A stretch of 64,000 nt of DNA from NCBI GenBank assembly GCA_951406725.2, contig OX597822.1, positions 99,758,001 to 99,822,000 of the forward strand, given 5' to 3'. Made by a program: the position numbers and the translations under genes. The DNA is from Octopus vulgaris. Taxonomy: Eukaryota. Each line of letters opens with the position of its first letter. The first letter of the stretch is position 1. The notes under the pieces are model-generated. The model did not search any database and was not told the origin of the DNA. It saw only the letters and a program-made list of their open reading frames with translations. Positions 1 through 12,343 of this stretch are shown piece after piece.

Positions 1-165
1 ACACATTTCCTAATGACTGGATTCCACAAATATCCATAGGACCACATTCTTCAGAAAAGAAAGGGTTCCAACATATTAATTCCAGAAGTAATATTATTGC
101 TGGATCAATAACACCAACTTCAAATTTGCCTTTACCTAAGTATATATATTTATATATATATATAT

Positions 166-538
166 ACTCTCTTTTTACTCTTTTACTTGTTTCAGTAATT
201 TGACTGTGGCCATGCTGGAGCACCGCCTCCAGTCGAGCAAACTGACACCAGGACTTATTCTTTGGAAGCCTAGTACTTATTCTATCAGTCTCTTTTGCCG
301 AACTGCTAGCACACCAGCATAGGTTGTCAAACACAGGCACACAAACATACACACATACATATATATATACATATATACAACAGGCTTCTTTCAGTTTCCG
401 TCTACCAAATCCACTCACAAGGCTTTGGTCGGCCCGAGGCTATAGTAGAAGACACTTGCCCAAGGTGCCACGCAGTGGGACTGAACCCGAAACCATGTGG
501 TTGGTAAGCAAGCTACTTACCACACAGCCACTCCTGCG

Positions 539-541
<3 letters not shown>
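166..541 (-). mobile_element. SINE-A: tRNA-headed SINE with CORE-like segment and internal (TA/CA)n microsatellite
   Basis: Minus strand reads AGGCGCAGGAGTGGCTGTGTGG (A-box-like), GGGTTCAGTCCC (B-box-like), then ACCTTGGGCAAGTG (CORE-like), with tail AAACAAGTAAAAGAGT. About 9 near-identical copies in the window. Confidence 0.9.
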
Positions 542-589
<48 letters not shown>

Positions 590-1082
590 GGTTGTGAACA
601 CACTTGTTGATCTGTTGTTATTCTATAGCAAAAAAAAATACAAACAAACAAAAAAACATACACTATCTTATCGCAAATATCTAACTCCTTTATCTTAAAC
701 TTATTACAAGTTACCAAAGTATGCATGCATTCCAGCACAGAGGTACTTTGATTGAGCAATGACTGGCAATCAAGGTATACAGCATACAGAAGTATTTTTC
801 ACCTAACAATATTAGTTGTAGCAGATAATTTGGTTTAAATCCTTTTCTCCAGGATATGAGACTTTTCTGGGGTTTTTTTGTTTTTTTTTTAACTCAGAAC
901 TCTACATGTACACAGGTAATCAGACAGGCAGGTATAGACTCTTTGAAATTAACAGAAATCTCAATGCTCATCACACAGTCAAAACAAAACACAAGCACAT
1001 GTATATAATTACACACTGAGAAAAAGTGACAAAAATTCAATTATTTTGAAGCAAACAGGCTGTGGAAAATTTGAAAAGAAAG

Positions 1083-1125
<43 letters not shown>

Positions 1126-1258
1126 CAATCACATAAAAAGAGATTATGCTCAACAGATAATGATGAAATGAAAAGCAAATTCCAACAATTAATTTCTATT
1201 ATGAAAAAAAAAAACATTAACAATAGAAAAAGTATTGTATTACATTGCAGAGCTCAGC

Positions 1259-1295
<37 letters not shown>

Positions 1296-1330
1296 TATAT
1301 ATGTCATCATTTAGTGTCTGTATTCCTTAT

Positions 1331-2021
1331 TGACATACATTCATACATACACACACACACACACATATATACATAATACATACATACACACACACTCACA
1401 TACATACATACATACATACATGCATACATACATAATACATGCATGCATGCATACATACACACATACATGCATGCATACATACATACATACATACACACAC
1501 ACATGCATGCATACATACATACATACATACATACATACAATTTCATGCATGCATGCATACATACATACATAATACATACATGCATGCATACATACATACA
1601 TAATACATGCATACATACATACACACATACACACACACATACATACATACATACATGCATGCATGCATGCATGCATACATACATACATACATACACATAC
1701 ATACACACACACATACATACATACATACATACATACATACATACATAATATATGCATGCATACATACATACATACATACATACATGCATGCATACATACA
1801 TACATACATACATACACACACATACATACACACACACACACACATACATACATACATACATACATACATACATACATACACACACACATACATACATACA
1901 TACATACATACATACACACACACATACACACACACATACATACATACATACATACATACATACATACATACATACATACATACATACATACATACATACA
2001 TGCATGCATACATACATACAT
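1331..2021. repeat. (CATA)n/(CA)n compound microsatellite
   Basis: About 690 bp of CATA/CACA/CATG units; source of the MYVC and HTYI pseudo-ORFs. Confidence 0.97.
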
Positions 2022-2584
2022 ATGGTATTTTATTGAGAATTATTTATATCTTTTTAAGTAAGTAGAGTAAACAAAATCACTGTTTATTAAAAGCTGAAAC
2101 AAGGAACAGAACATAACAAACACAATACAATTCTGGAGTGTTTGTTCCATGCTACATGTATAAACCTGGTTATTATTATGCGATATATTACAAGACTTCT
2201 AACCATTTAATTCAAGCGAAAATATCACACAGCATGGCAAAGAAAGCGTACAATGAATACACTGATCATAAAGATTAACATTTGCTATGTAGCTAAGAAT
2301 TAAAGGCATGCTGTTAGGCTTTTCATAGCATTGGGAATTGTAACTAAGTAAACATCAATGTAAATGTTTAGCAACAATAGAAAGGGGGGATAAGCTTTAC
2401 ATAAGGAGCACAGACACCAGTTGTTCAAACTGGAATACATATGCATAGATTAAAACTAGGATCAAAATGCAAGCATCATGTCTCTTATAAAGACAAATAC
2501 TTGGCTATGTATTTTTGGTGTTAAGCAGAACAGGAAAATTCTTCCTATTTACAAAACACTAACAGATCTCAGAAAACATTTGAC

Positions 2585-3063
2585 AGGCATAGGAGTAGCT
2601 GTGTGGTAAGTAGCTTGCTTACAAACCACATGGTTCCCAGTTCAGTCCCACTGCGTGACACCTTGGGTAAGTGTCTTCTACTATAGCCTCAGGCCAACCA
2701 AAGCCTTGTGAGTTGATTTGGTAGACAGAAACTGAAAGAAGCCCGTCGTGTATATGTATATAATATGTATATGTATATGTATATAATATTTAACATTATA
2801 GTCGATTTCGATATAATCATATTTAATAATAGAGTTTATTATAAGTAAATTTTTATTTAGATTATATAGATATTTATATCTTAAAAATATTGATTATATT
2901 TTAGGTTTTGAAACCACCTGAAGAATGTCTCAAAGATGTGCTGACACGAAACGATCGTAGTGGTTATTTATAATTGTTAAATTTTAATTTATATAAATTA
3001 TTTTATGTATTAGCTTAAGTCTTTCTTTGTTTGATTTGCATAATAGTGGTTTTGTCTCTAATT

Positions 3064-3119
<56 letters not shown>

Positions 3120-3338
3120 CTGTGTTTGTGTGTCTGTGTTTGTCCCCACCAGCATCATTTGACAACCGATGCTGGTGTGTTTACGTCCCCCATAACTTAG
3201 CGGTTCGGTAAAAGAGACCGATAGAATAAGTACTACGCTTACAAAAATAAGTCCTGGGGGTCAGTTTGCTCAACTAAAGGTGGTGCTCCAGCATGGCCAC
3301 AGTCAAATGATTGAAACAAGTAAAAGAGTAAAAAGAGT
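2585..3338 (+). mobile_element. SINE-A copy interrupted in its internal microsatellite by a ~290 bp HHR-bearing insertion
   Basis: Head 2585-2750, 3' body 3120-3338; unrelated AT-rich sequence at about 2785-3070 lies between TA tracts. Confidence 0.88.
2912..2965 (+). ncRNA. Minimal type-I hammerhead ribozyme motif (family 1), PLE pLTR-like
   Basis: AACCAC-CTGAAGA-aTGTC..GACAc-GAAA-CGATCG-TA-GTGGTT. 6-bp helix I, perfect core, palindromic helix III ACGATCGT, GUA cleavage site. Helix II closing pair is an A.C mismatch. Confidence 0.75.
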
Positions 3339-3813
3339 GAACTGACAGAATTGTTGAACATCAAATAGAATGCTTTGTGTTAGTTATCTCAACTCAGTAC
3401 TCTGAGTTCAAGTCCAGCGGAGGCTAACTTTGCCTTTCAGCCTATATTTACTGACCTTAAAATGATGAAAAGTAATGTAGCTTTCAGAGACATTTGAACT
3501 CATACACATACATACATACACACATATATATATATTATGAAGTTTCTTATGGAAAGAGGTTGCTCTTTCATAGGGATGCATTTCATCCACATGTACACTA
3601 GTTTATCTCCCTATCGATTAATTTTCCTGGAATTTGTTAATTTGTGTTAGTATTAGTGTTTATTGATGGTTCTTCTTCAACATTAGTGCTTAGCACTTAT
3701 AAAGTTCCAGTTGTTATAGATGTTTTCATCCATTTGATCTAGGAGAACAGAATTTAATAAGATAATATAAAGAAAATAGAGAATGTGAACACAGAAAAAA
3801 AATCAATTTCATG

Positions 3814-3905
3814 TTGCCTATGCACGTTTCAATTCCAACCTACATTCATATTTTACAATTGAAATTGCATTATGAATTTGAAAGGTAAAGATCTCTTCAG
3901 GGCAA
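3814..3905 (-). ncRNA. Hammerhead motif (family 2) with long helix-II loop
   Basis: Minus strand: TTGCC-CTGAAGA-GATCTTTACCT-(~41 nt)-AGGTTGGAATT-GAAA-CGTGCA-TA-GGCAA; helix I is TTGCC/GGCAA. Confidence 0.65.
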
Positions 3906-4141
3906 AAATTGACATGTATTCCTCTCTCTCTTTCGGAGAGGTACTGAGCAGCTATACGCACACATACACACACGGCAGTAACTTCCACATATCGAATTCA
4001 ATCACAAAGCTCCGGTCGGCTCGGGGCTATAGTGGAAGACACCTACCCAAAGTGCCACATTCATATATATATATTAATTTACATCCTAATGGATGAAGCT
4101 CCTTACATACTGAATGAATATATATGAATATATGTCAATTT

Positions 4142-4233
4142 TTGCTCTGAAGAGATCTTTACCTTTTAAATTCGTAATGCAATTTTAATTGTTAAATATG
4201 AATGTAGGTGGGAACCGAAATATGCATAGGTGA
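4142..4233 (+). ncRNA. Hammerhead motif (family 2), second copy
   Basis: TTGCT-CTGAAGA-GATCTTTACCT-..-AGGTGGGAACC-GAAA-TATGCA-TA-GGTGA; distal GTCAATTT/AAATTGAC could extend helix I. Confidence 0.6.
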
Positions 4234-4293
4234 CATTAAATTGACCATTACATAAATAAATTGTTTTTTTTCTGTGTGAACACTATCCATTTT

Positions 4294-4297
<4 letters not shown>

Positions 4298-4350
<53 letters not shown>

Positions 4351-4389
4351 AATAAATATATATATATATATACAAATAAATATATATAT

Positions 4390-4466
<77 letters not shown>

Positions 4467-4515
4467 CAAATAAATATATATATATATATAAATAAATATA
4501 TATATATATATACAA

Positions 4516-4583
<68 letters not shown>
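4298..4583. repeat. (TA)n microsatellite with CAAATAAA interruptions
   Basis: Direct observation. Confidence 0.97.
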
Positions 4584-4585
<2 letters not shown>

Positions 4586-4935
4586 AAATCCGTTCTGTCT
4601 GTCTGTCTGTGTGTCTTCTAGGATCTCAGGCATCCTCCTTTTGCGCTCAAATTTGATATGTAGATACCAACAGTATCAGGGTGTGTATAAGTCTTGAAAA
4701 ATTACAAAAATCGATTCCAGGTGAGAATGCAATCGATAAAGCCGTGGGAACGTGCATTTGTACGTGCAAGTACATCAGTCGAAATCTGTCTTTTGCTGGT
4801 GTCTCAAATTTAGGTTGAATAAGTGTTTCTCAAAGGGGAGGCCTATGGGATGGTCAGACAAGTTGTTTTGAGAAAATTTGGTTTAAATGTTTGACAACTC
4901 AGCACTGTCCATTGGACGGGGGGCGTTTTTGCTCG
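4578..4935 (+). mobile_element. Probable non-autonomous Helitron (diverged)
   Basis: 5' TATATAAAA followed by (CTGT)n as in the other Helitrons here; subterminal hairpin CTGTCCA-T-TGGACGG; 3' end CTCG|T (CTAG variant); flanked by TA tracts. Confidence 0.5.
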
Positions 4936-4957
4936 TGTATATATATATATATATATA

Positions 4958-5007
4958 TTTTTTTTCTAGTTTCAGCTCAGAGCTGCGGCCATGCTGATGC
5001 ACCGTCG

Positions 5008-5049
<42 letters not shown>

Positions 5050-5190
5050 CAGGCTTCTTTCCAATTCCATCAACCTCACAAGGCTTTAGGTAATCTTTGG
5101 ATTATAGAAGACACTTGCCCAAAGTGCCGTGTTTCACAACCATGTGGGTGGGATGCACACTTCTCAATTGCACAGCCAAGCCTGCATCTA
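4958..5190 (-). mobile_element. Old, diverged SINE-A-related copy
   Basis: GCGGCCATGCTG, GACAGGCTTCTTT, AGAAGACACTTGCCCAA and CACAGCCA blocks in SINE-A order. Confidence 0.65.
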
Positions 5191-7269
5191 ATGTAGGGTA
5201 TATTTATTCATTGAAAAACGAGTAAGAAGCTCTTCATTGTTAAAGTATTTTCTGTTTCCGAAGAGAAAACCAACTTTTGCGATGTAGTGTTGGCTTTACA
5301 AAGAATTCATGTGTGAGGCTGGACATAATTTAGGGTCACTATTTATGAGGCTGTTAAGAAGAATATATAATTATAGCATGTGCACTTCATGAAAGATATT
5401 AAGTATAGCAATTTTATTATTAAAAATTGAGGAGTCAAGTCAAGCATTTTGGTAATTGTAGGACATTTAGAAATACATCAAGGATTTCTAAACAAATATA
5501 ATAGCATTATGAAAATTTCCTGTTGCAAATCAAATCTTCTTCCAGCTGAACGGACTTTTAATCACATCAATTAACCACCAAATACAAAATTCTATATAAT
5601 GCTGTAAAGCTGTAGAATATAGAGCATGGCAAAAGAACACAATAGGTTTTAGCTCACCATTTTCTATCAAACTATTTTATATTATTTGAAGAATGAAATT
5701 AAATATATCTATTTATGATATTAAGGTTATTAAGACAATTTGGTATCATATCATATTTAAATAGTGTTATTCCAAGCACTTTTATTATTAGAAGCATTAA
5801 CCATTCTATATGCTAGTCTCTGTTGAGCATGTCTGCAATACAGTTACTTTCTTTATTGCAGAAAATAAGTGTTAAAGTTGTATGAAAAAATTCTTCTATT
5901 ATACAAAATGATGCATTATCATTTATCATGCAATATCATATCTATATCCATCGCTAACAATGATATCTTTGAGAAAGACATAAATGTTGCAACCTACATT
6001 CCCACCAGACTTGAAGTGAAAAGAATAAACTAGCCAGAGATGGATATCTCAGTTTAAGAATTTGCTATTTACTTAGTCAGGAGGTCTAGGACTCACAAGG
6101 TTGTAACTTAATCCTGTTTCCACAGTGTGTGAGTGGCTGAGATCACAATCCACTTTCCTCCAGAATTGGATACCAGTCTCTCATCAGGTTAAATTCCCAG
6201 CTACTGCAAGAATGCATTTACAGCTGAGTGGAATTGAAACCACCATCTTATGATTGTGGGTGCAACATCTTAACCACCAGATCAAGATATTGCGAAGTAA
6301 AAAATATTCAGATAGGCAAATATATGGCTGTAAAATTTAAGAAGTCTTTTTCACAGTTAAATGAAATGTTTTGCTCAAAAGCACAATTCACCACCTGATA
6401 GGGGAATTGAAACCACAATCTTACCTTCATGGGTGCAACACCTTAACCACTAGACCACATTATTGCTCAGTAAAAAGAAAGCAAAGTAAACTACAAATAC
6501 AGACAAATATGACTGTATAATTGAGAAATCTTTTTTACAGCTATGTGATTCTCTAGGATCAATCTCACCTATGTGGTAGCTTGAGCAAGTGACTTCTATT
6601 ATAGTCTTGGATGGACAAATATATAAATGGAATTTGGAAATTGTGCTAAAGCCCTTCAGATATGTGTGTGTTGATGTTTACACTGTTTGTTGAAACAGGT
6701 GTAATGTACCCTCATGTGGTTTTTTTAAAAAGTTACTGATGACAAAATAAGTACCAGGGTCAACACGACAGATTAAACCATCAATGACAAAGTCCAGCAT
6801 GATTGATTCCATTGGTTTAAACCAGTAAAAGAATGTCTAAGAAAGACATTCTGGTCTTCGGTTCTCTCTTTATGCCTCCTGAGTATGAAAGAACATTTAA
6901 TACTTTTGACTTCTATATACACCTCAAGCATCTATCCTACTGCTTTATGCTATCCTTTTCTCAAAACACATCGCTATGCAATATGCAGCGTGATATATAT
7001 ACATAATAACTTGTCATAACGTTAGTCTATTATACATTTCAAGGAAAATCAAATAAAATTCTCATAATCATGTATCATATCTCTTGGTGTTACAGAATGT
7101 GATTATATAGTGATTATTGTGAAGATTTTATTTGATATCACCCGAGATATAAAACACGCTAATGATATACGGCAATATGTTGTATAATGATGTGTATTTA
7201 GCAAAAATATATTAAAGTGTCTGCATGTGCATGTGTTACTAGTAATTTATAATGTATACACACAGATAG

Positions 7270-7650
7270 TCAGAGAGACTGACAGAGAGATAAATATAGA
7301 CAGACACAGACAAAGAGAGAAAGAGAGAGGAGAGAGAGAGAGAGAAAGAGAGAAAGAGAAAGAGAGAAAGAGGGAGAGAGAGAGGGAGAGAGAAAGAGAA
7401 AGAGAGAGAGGAAGAGAGAGAGACAGAGAGTGAGAGAGAGAGAAAGAGAGAGAGAGAGAAAGAGAGAGAAAGAGAGAAAGAGAGAAAGAGAGAGAAAGAG
7501 GGAGAGAGAAAGAGAGAGGAAGAGACCGAAAGAGAGGAAGAGAGAGAGAGAGACAGAGAGTGAGAGAGAGAGAGAGAGAGAAAGAGGGAGAGAGAAAGAG
7601 ACCGAAAGAGAGAGAGAGGAAGAGAGAGAGAGACAGAGAGTGAGAGAGAA

Positions 7651-7683
<33 letters not shown>

Positions 7684-7750
7684 GAAAGAGAAAGAGAGGG
7701 AGAGAGAAGCAGACCCTCACACAGACAGACAGACAGACAGATAGATAAAG
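7270..7750. repeat. (GA)n/(GAAA)/(GACA)n purine-rich microsatellite
   Basis: Direct observation; source of the ER- and SL-rich pseudo-ORFs. Confidence 0.97.
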
Positions 7751-8140
7751 ACAGACCGATGTGTCTGAGCTGATTGGAGACAGAAAAACAAAATGGTTTC
7801 CATATACTTTCCTGGTTTAATTTTCTCAAAGCCACCTTTACTGCCTCTATTACACTTTGTAAACTTTAGTCAAATCATTTGATATCTGTTTTATGGTTTT
7901 TTCTTTTACAAGTAATAATAGATATCCAATATCTCAGAGCCTTAACTTCTTTCATGTCTCGCTTCTGAGCACCACATCAATAAATGGTGATTAGTACAGA
8001 GCTTTTTATTGTAGACACACAAGCGGAATATTCATAAGAGCAGTTTTGTATGACGGCATGTGTTATCCAACATTGGAAAAAAGAACAAGTTTTGTTTTAA
8101 ATACTTGTAACAGAATTTTAAAAAAATATGGTTTTAAAAA

Positions 8141-8438
8141 GCACGTAAAAAGCACCACCCGTACGTGGACGATGTCAACACCGCCTTGACTGGCTTCCAT
8201 GTCAGTGGCACGTAAAAACCACCAACCAATCGTGGTCGTTGCCAGTCTCCCCTGGCACGTAAAAAGCACCCACTACACTCACGGAGTGGTTGGCATTAGC
8301 AAGGGCATCCACCTGTAGAAACACTGCCAAATCAGACTGGAGCCTGATGCAGCCTCCTGGCTTCCAAGACCCCAGTCGAACTGTCCAACCCATGCTAGCA
8401 CAGAAAACAGATGTTAAATGATGATGATAACGATGATG
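8141..8438 (+). mobile_element. RTE-LINE 3' tail copy with (GAT)n tail
   Basis: AAAAGCACC sub-repeats, CCACTACACTC..GAGTGGTTGGC, CCAACCCATGCTAGCA, TAAATGATGATGAT; same tail as the RTE remnant at 54356-55485. Confidence 0.85.
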
Positions 8439-9319
8439 GTTTCTGTTATTAGAATCAATTGTGTTGGTCCTCACCTTTGACGATCTAGTCATATTACCCT
8501 AGTTATTCACTATGTCAAACTCTATTTGCTGACCCGCTAAGTTACAGAGCATAGCATGTCATTACACAGTTCTAATGCTCTCATAAACAGGAACACATAC
8601 ATAAATAGACATAAGTAATTTCTCTCACAGACACACATACACACTCCCGAAGGGGTTCTGTGCGATCTCCAAATTCCATTCACTGGATATTTGTTCATCC
8701 AAGACAATAGTAGAAGACACTGGCTCAAGCTATTACACAATGAGATTAAAAGCCAGGCTCATGTGCCTATGACAAAAATGTCTAAACTATATAGGTGCAG
8801 GCACGGCTATGTGGTTAAGAAGTTTGCTTCCCAACTACATGATCTTAGGATCAATCCGACTGTGTGGCACCTTGGTCAAGTGTCTCTTACTATAGCCCCA
8901 GATCAATCAAAGCCCTATGAGTGGATGTGATAGATGGATACCGAAAGAAGCAAAATGTTTGTTCCTGTCCCTCTGTCATACTTTAGCCTCTCAACAACAT
9001 CAGGCACAAAGCTACCTCCCTCAATATTGTACCCCCTTCTCACTTGGAGGCGTTACTACTACTAGTACTAAAAAAAAAAAAAAAGTACACTGTAGATTGG
9101 TTGGTGTTAGGAAGAGCATCTAGCCATTAAAACCATGTCAAAGAAGACATTGAAACACAAATTAACAGGAAATTTTGTTGGAAGGTTTTAACTTAGATCA
9201 CTTTCACCACAAAGTTTACACACACACACACATATATATATAAAATGTGGTGGTGCATGTTTCACCAATGCTTACTCAAGCAAAGTATAAAAAGCAGTAT
9301 TTCTAATTCAGTATATATA

Positions 9320-9550
9320 TTTCTTTACTACCCACAAGGGGCTAAACACAGAGGGGACAAACAAGGACAGACAAACGGATTAAGTTGATTATAGTCGACC
9401 CCAGTGCGTAACTGGTACTTAATTTATCAACCCCGAAAGGATAAAAGGCAAAGTCTACCTCGGCGGAATTTGAACTCAGAATGTAACGGCAGACAAAATA
9501 CGGCTACACATTTCGCCCAGCATGCTAACGTTTCTGCCAGCTTGCCACCT
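9320..9550 (-). mobile_element. SINE-C: tRNA-like head plus Meta-domain-like central motif
   Basis: Minus strand GCTGGCAGAAACGTTAGC, GAGTTCAAATTCC (B box), then CTTTGCCTTTTATCCTTTCGGGGTTGATAAATTAAGTACCAG, which resembles the MetaSINE central domain by eye. Confidence 0.8.
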
Positions 9551-10317
9551 TTTTTAGTAAATACTAATTCAGATACCCTGTGTAGTATATGTTTTGTTTG
9601 AGTGGCACAAGAAATCTCCTTATCATTCTTGCCCACGGAATTCCAATAGACTCGTGAGTGGCTTAATGGAAACCTGTAACTCACAATGCTTGTTGTTAAT
9701 AAAATGTAATATAAAATAAGTAGGAGACACTTCACCTGTATTTAGCTATCTAGCTCTTCTGTATGTGTGAAAGTGTGTAAGAGCACAGGTGTGTTTTAGC
9801 ATTATGTTATGCTATGATCTATATAGTTGCATAACTAGGAGCAAAAAAAAAAAAACAATTGTTCCCTTAATTGAGTCAGTTTTGTTTTCAGTCTGCAAGG
9901 GAGGGGTTACATGAAATAAAACATAATGTTTCGTATAGAAAAGACTTTGTGTTAGACTTGCTTCATAGTACTTATTGATTTTCATATAGTATTTCTCTGT
10001 AGTCAAGACTTGTAACAGATTCTAACAATATACCACAGTTAATTTAAACCATAAAGATTTCTCAACTGCAGAATTATTATGGTAGCTCTAACAATTTTTA
10101 ATAACAGTCTTGGTGGAAATGAAGTTTATAACACATAAATAAGAATTTTACTTTGAAAGACTGTTTAACTGTTTTTCATATTCTTATACTTTATAAAATC
10201 GGCATGCTTAATTTTTATCTCATATTTCAAAATGAAATTTTATTTGATGTTTCAAAATTCAGGAACTGCTAAGTTGAAGAATATGGATAAGCACTGGAAT
10301 GGCTGCCACTGTCGTTG

Positions 10318-10349
<32 letters not shown>

Positions 10350-10688
10350 GTCAGTTTAATGTCTATTTCTCTATGCTTGTATGGGTCACATGGGATTTGT
10401 TGAGGCAGATTTTATATGACCAGGCGCCCTTTTGGTTGCCAACCTTTACCTTCTTCCAACCAAAGTCATACATGTTTTTGCAGAAGAGTGGAAATAAATA
10501 CTACTTGTATGGCAGTGAGACCCATTTAACAACCATTATGTGGCATCAGACAAGGAGACACAAATGCATAAACACATACATATACATATATACACAAACA
10601 TACACACACACACACACACACATACATATAGGCTTGGTGATGCAAACAGGAAAAATAGAACTCAAAACATGTGTGTGTGTGTGTGTGT

Positions 10689-10720
<32 letters not shown>

Positions 10721-10721
<1 letters not shown>

Positions 10722-10976
10722 GCAGAAATTCAAAAGATAGTGCTCATGGGAACTGCTCATATCCTACGCAAAATAATTTCTATGTAATCTCAAGTTTTAA
10801 AGCAAACATAATTTTTTTTTTTTTTTTTTAGACATTCACTAGTACAACACTAAGTACAAAACCAAATATATGGCAAACTAGGCATAACAACTACACGAAC
10901 TTCCAACCTGTTGTCTCTTGAGGTCTCTGGGTGAGACTTGGAGCCAACTTGTACAAATATAAAGCAAAAGTCAAGC

Positions 10977-10980
<4 letters not shown>
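10721..10980 (+). mobile_element. 3' end of a Dong/R4-clade non-LTR retrotransposon
   Basis: Reads AEIQKIVLMGTAHILRKIISM* (stop 10785-10787), matching the R4/Dong C-terminal QK.V..GTA.ILR motif; (AAT)n on both sides. Confidence 0.75.
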
Positions 10981-11030
<50 letters not shown>

Positions 11031-11949
11031 CAACAACAATAACTGATGAAGGAAATGGAAGATAGATTCAGTATAAAGATTATTTCGTATCATTCTATGA
11101 TCGTCATACTTCATCAATTACTATTATCTCAACTAACACTGCAGAATTGCTGAAGTAGATCCAGTGGAAATATACCCCAACCATGGATGACACCAGATAG
11201 CCCAAACTGTAAATGTGCTTTACTCAACACACTAATTAACTTATACCCATTAGTCCAAAAAGTTGCACACACACACATATATATATATATATATACATTT
11301 TATTATATTATATATATGTATGTAAGTATGTATGTATACATATATGATGAGTTTTTGTTTTTTGCGCGGTATGCTTGAAGATTTTGTATGGCTAAAATTA
11401 TATATCCAAAGTTCTTAGTAATATGATACTCAGGTCCCACAAATTCTTTTGCCCTCCCCAACAGTGTAGTTGGTTTGAATATGCCTTTAGTATTGTTGTG
11501 GATATATATCAACTAACAAACTAGGATGTCTCAACAATTGTGAGTTTAGTGACCATTAAACAAAACTAATTGGATTTGCTCCTCAGTGTCCTAGTTTAGT
11601 TTCTCAGCATGAAGGTCAAAGTGGACATCAAATTAAAATGGAAGTCTTGTAGAGCAAAGATTTAATTATTACCATATCCCTTCTTTCCCCCTTTTGACAA
11701 CACTTTATAAAGTGTCTTTAGCATTTCTAACAATATATGTGGTATTAAATGGGATTTTTATGATTCACTGAAATACGATTAAAGTAATGTATTTTCATAC
11801 ATTGTTTCAATAATTACCATTACAAAAGAATAATGATGAAAAAAAAAATACTTAACAACAATTCAAAATGAGTTGAGGAATAAGAGAAATCTGGGATCAA
11901 AAGGGGTGGAATGTGACCAAAGACTCTGAGAACCCAACTTTATAAATAA

Positions 11950-12343
11950 CTAGCAGTATTGCCCAGCATTGCCCGGGTTTGTCTCGACCCTTTAGAATTG
12001 GAATTTTTGAAAAGTAAAAATTTCGCATTATGTAGCTTATTATTCTCTTTAAGTGAACATTTTTCTGGTTCAAATACACTAAAAAATGGCAATACAGCAG
12101 TCAAAAATTTGTAAAAAAAATAGGGATTTTCATAGAAAAAAAGCACCTTTTTGATGTAAATAATTTTTGGTGTTGACGGTCCGATTTGAATTTTTTCTTC
12201 TACGAAAGGAAGAGCAAGCCTTCTTCTATCGTACTCTCAATTTTGGTCAACTTGCGCCACAGGGTCTCAGAGGAGATAGTGTTAGTTGAAGGCTACCAAA
12301 CCTTCCATACACAGACAACTTCAGCTTTATATATAGAGAGAGA
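11950..12343 (-). mobile_element. Non-autonomous Helitron
   Basis: Minus strand has 5' TC, hairpin CCCGGGCAATGCTGGG and 3' CTAG; inserted between A and T; no TSD. Confidence 0.85.

Larger units (their letters stand above)
3765..4300. mobile_element. Divergent inverted pair of HHR-bearing pLTR-like repeats (family 2)
   Basis: 3765-3921 is the diverged reverse complement of 4126-4300; right arm ends at a long (TA)n tract. Confidence 0.75.

Noticed and set aside
1-60. Minus-strand CTGAAGA..GAAA near the window start
   Set aside because: No helix II adjacent to the core, and the sequence is cut by the window edge.
324-698. Recurrent peptides such as [31 protein letters not shown] and LQSDLAVFLQLDALPNANH in many ORFs
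   Set aside because: Incidental frames of SINE-A and the RTE tail, open on either strand; not a protein family.
1307-2065. Long ORFs (up to 236 aa) of MYVC/HTYI; likewise ORFs at 4192, 7227-7835, 52609-52982, 58450-58741 and 62856-63504
   Set aside because: Translations of stop-free microsatellites, not genes.
11074-11121. Minus-strand TTGATGA-A-GTAT..ATAC-GAAA-TAA-TC hammerhead-like motif
   Set aside because: U3.G8 is uncompensated, helix I is only 2 bp, and it is single copy; too weak to call.
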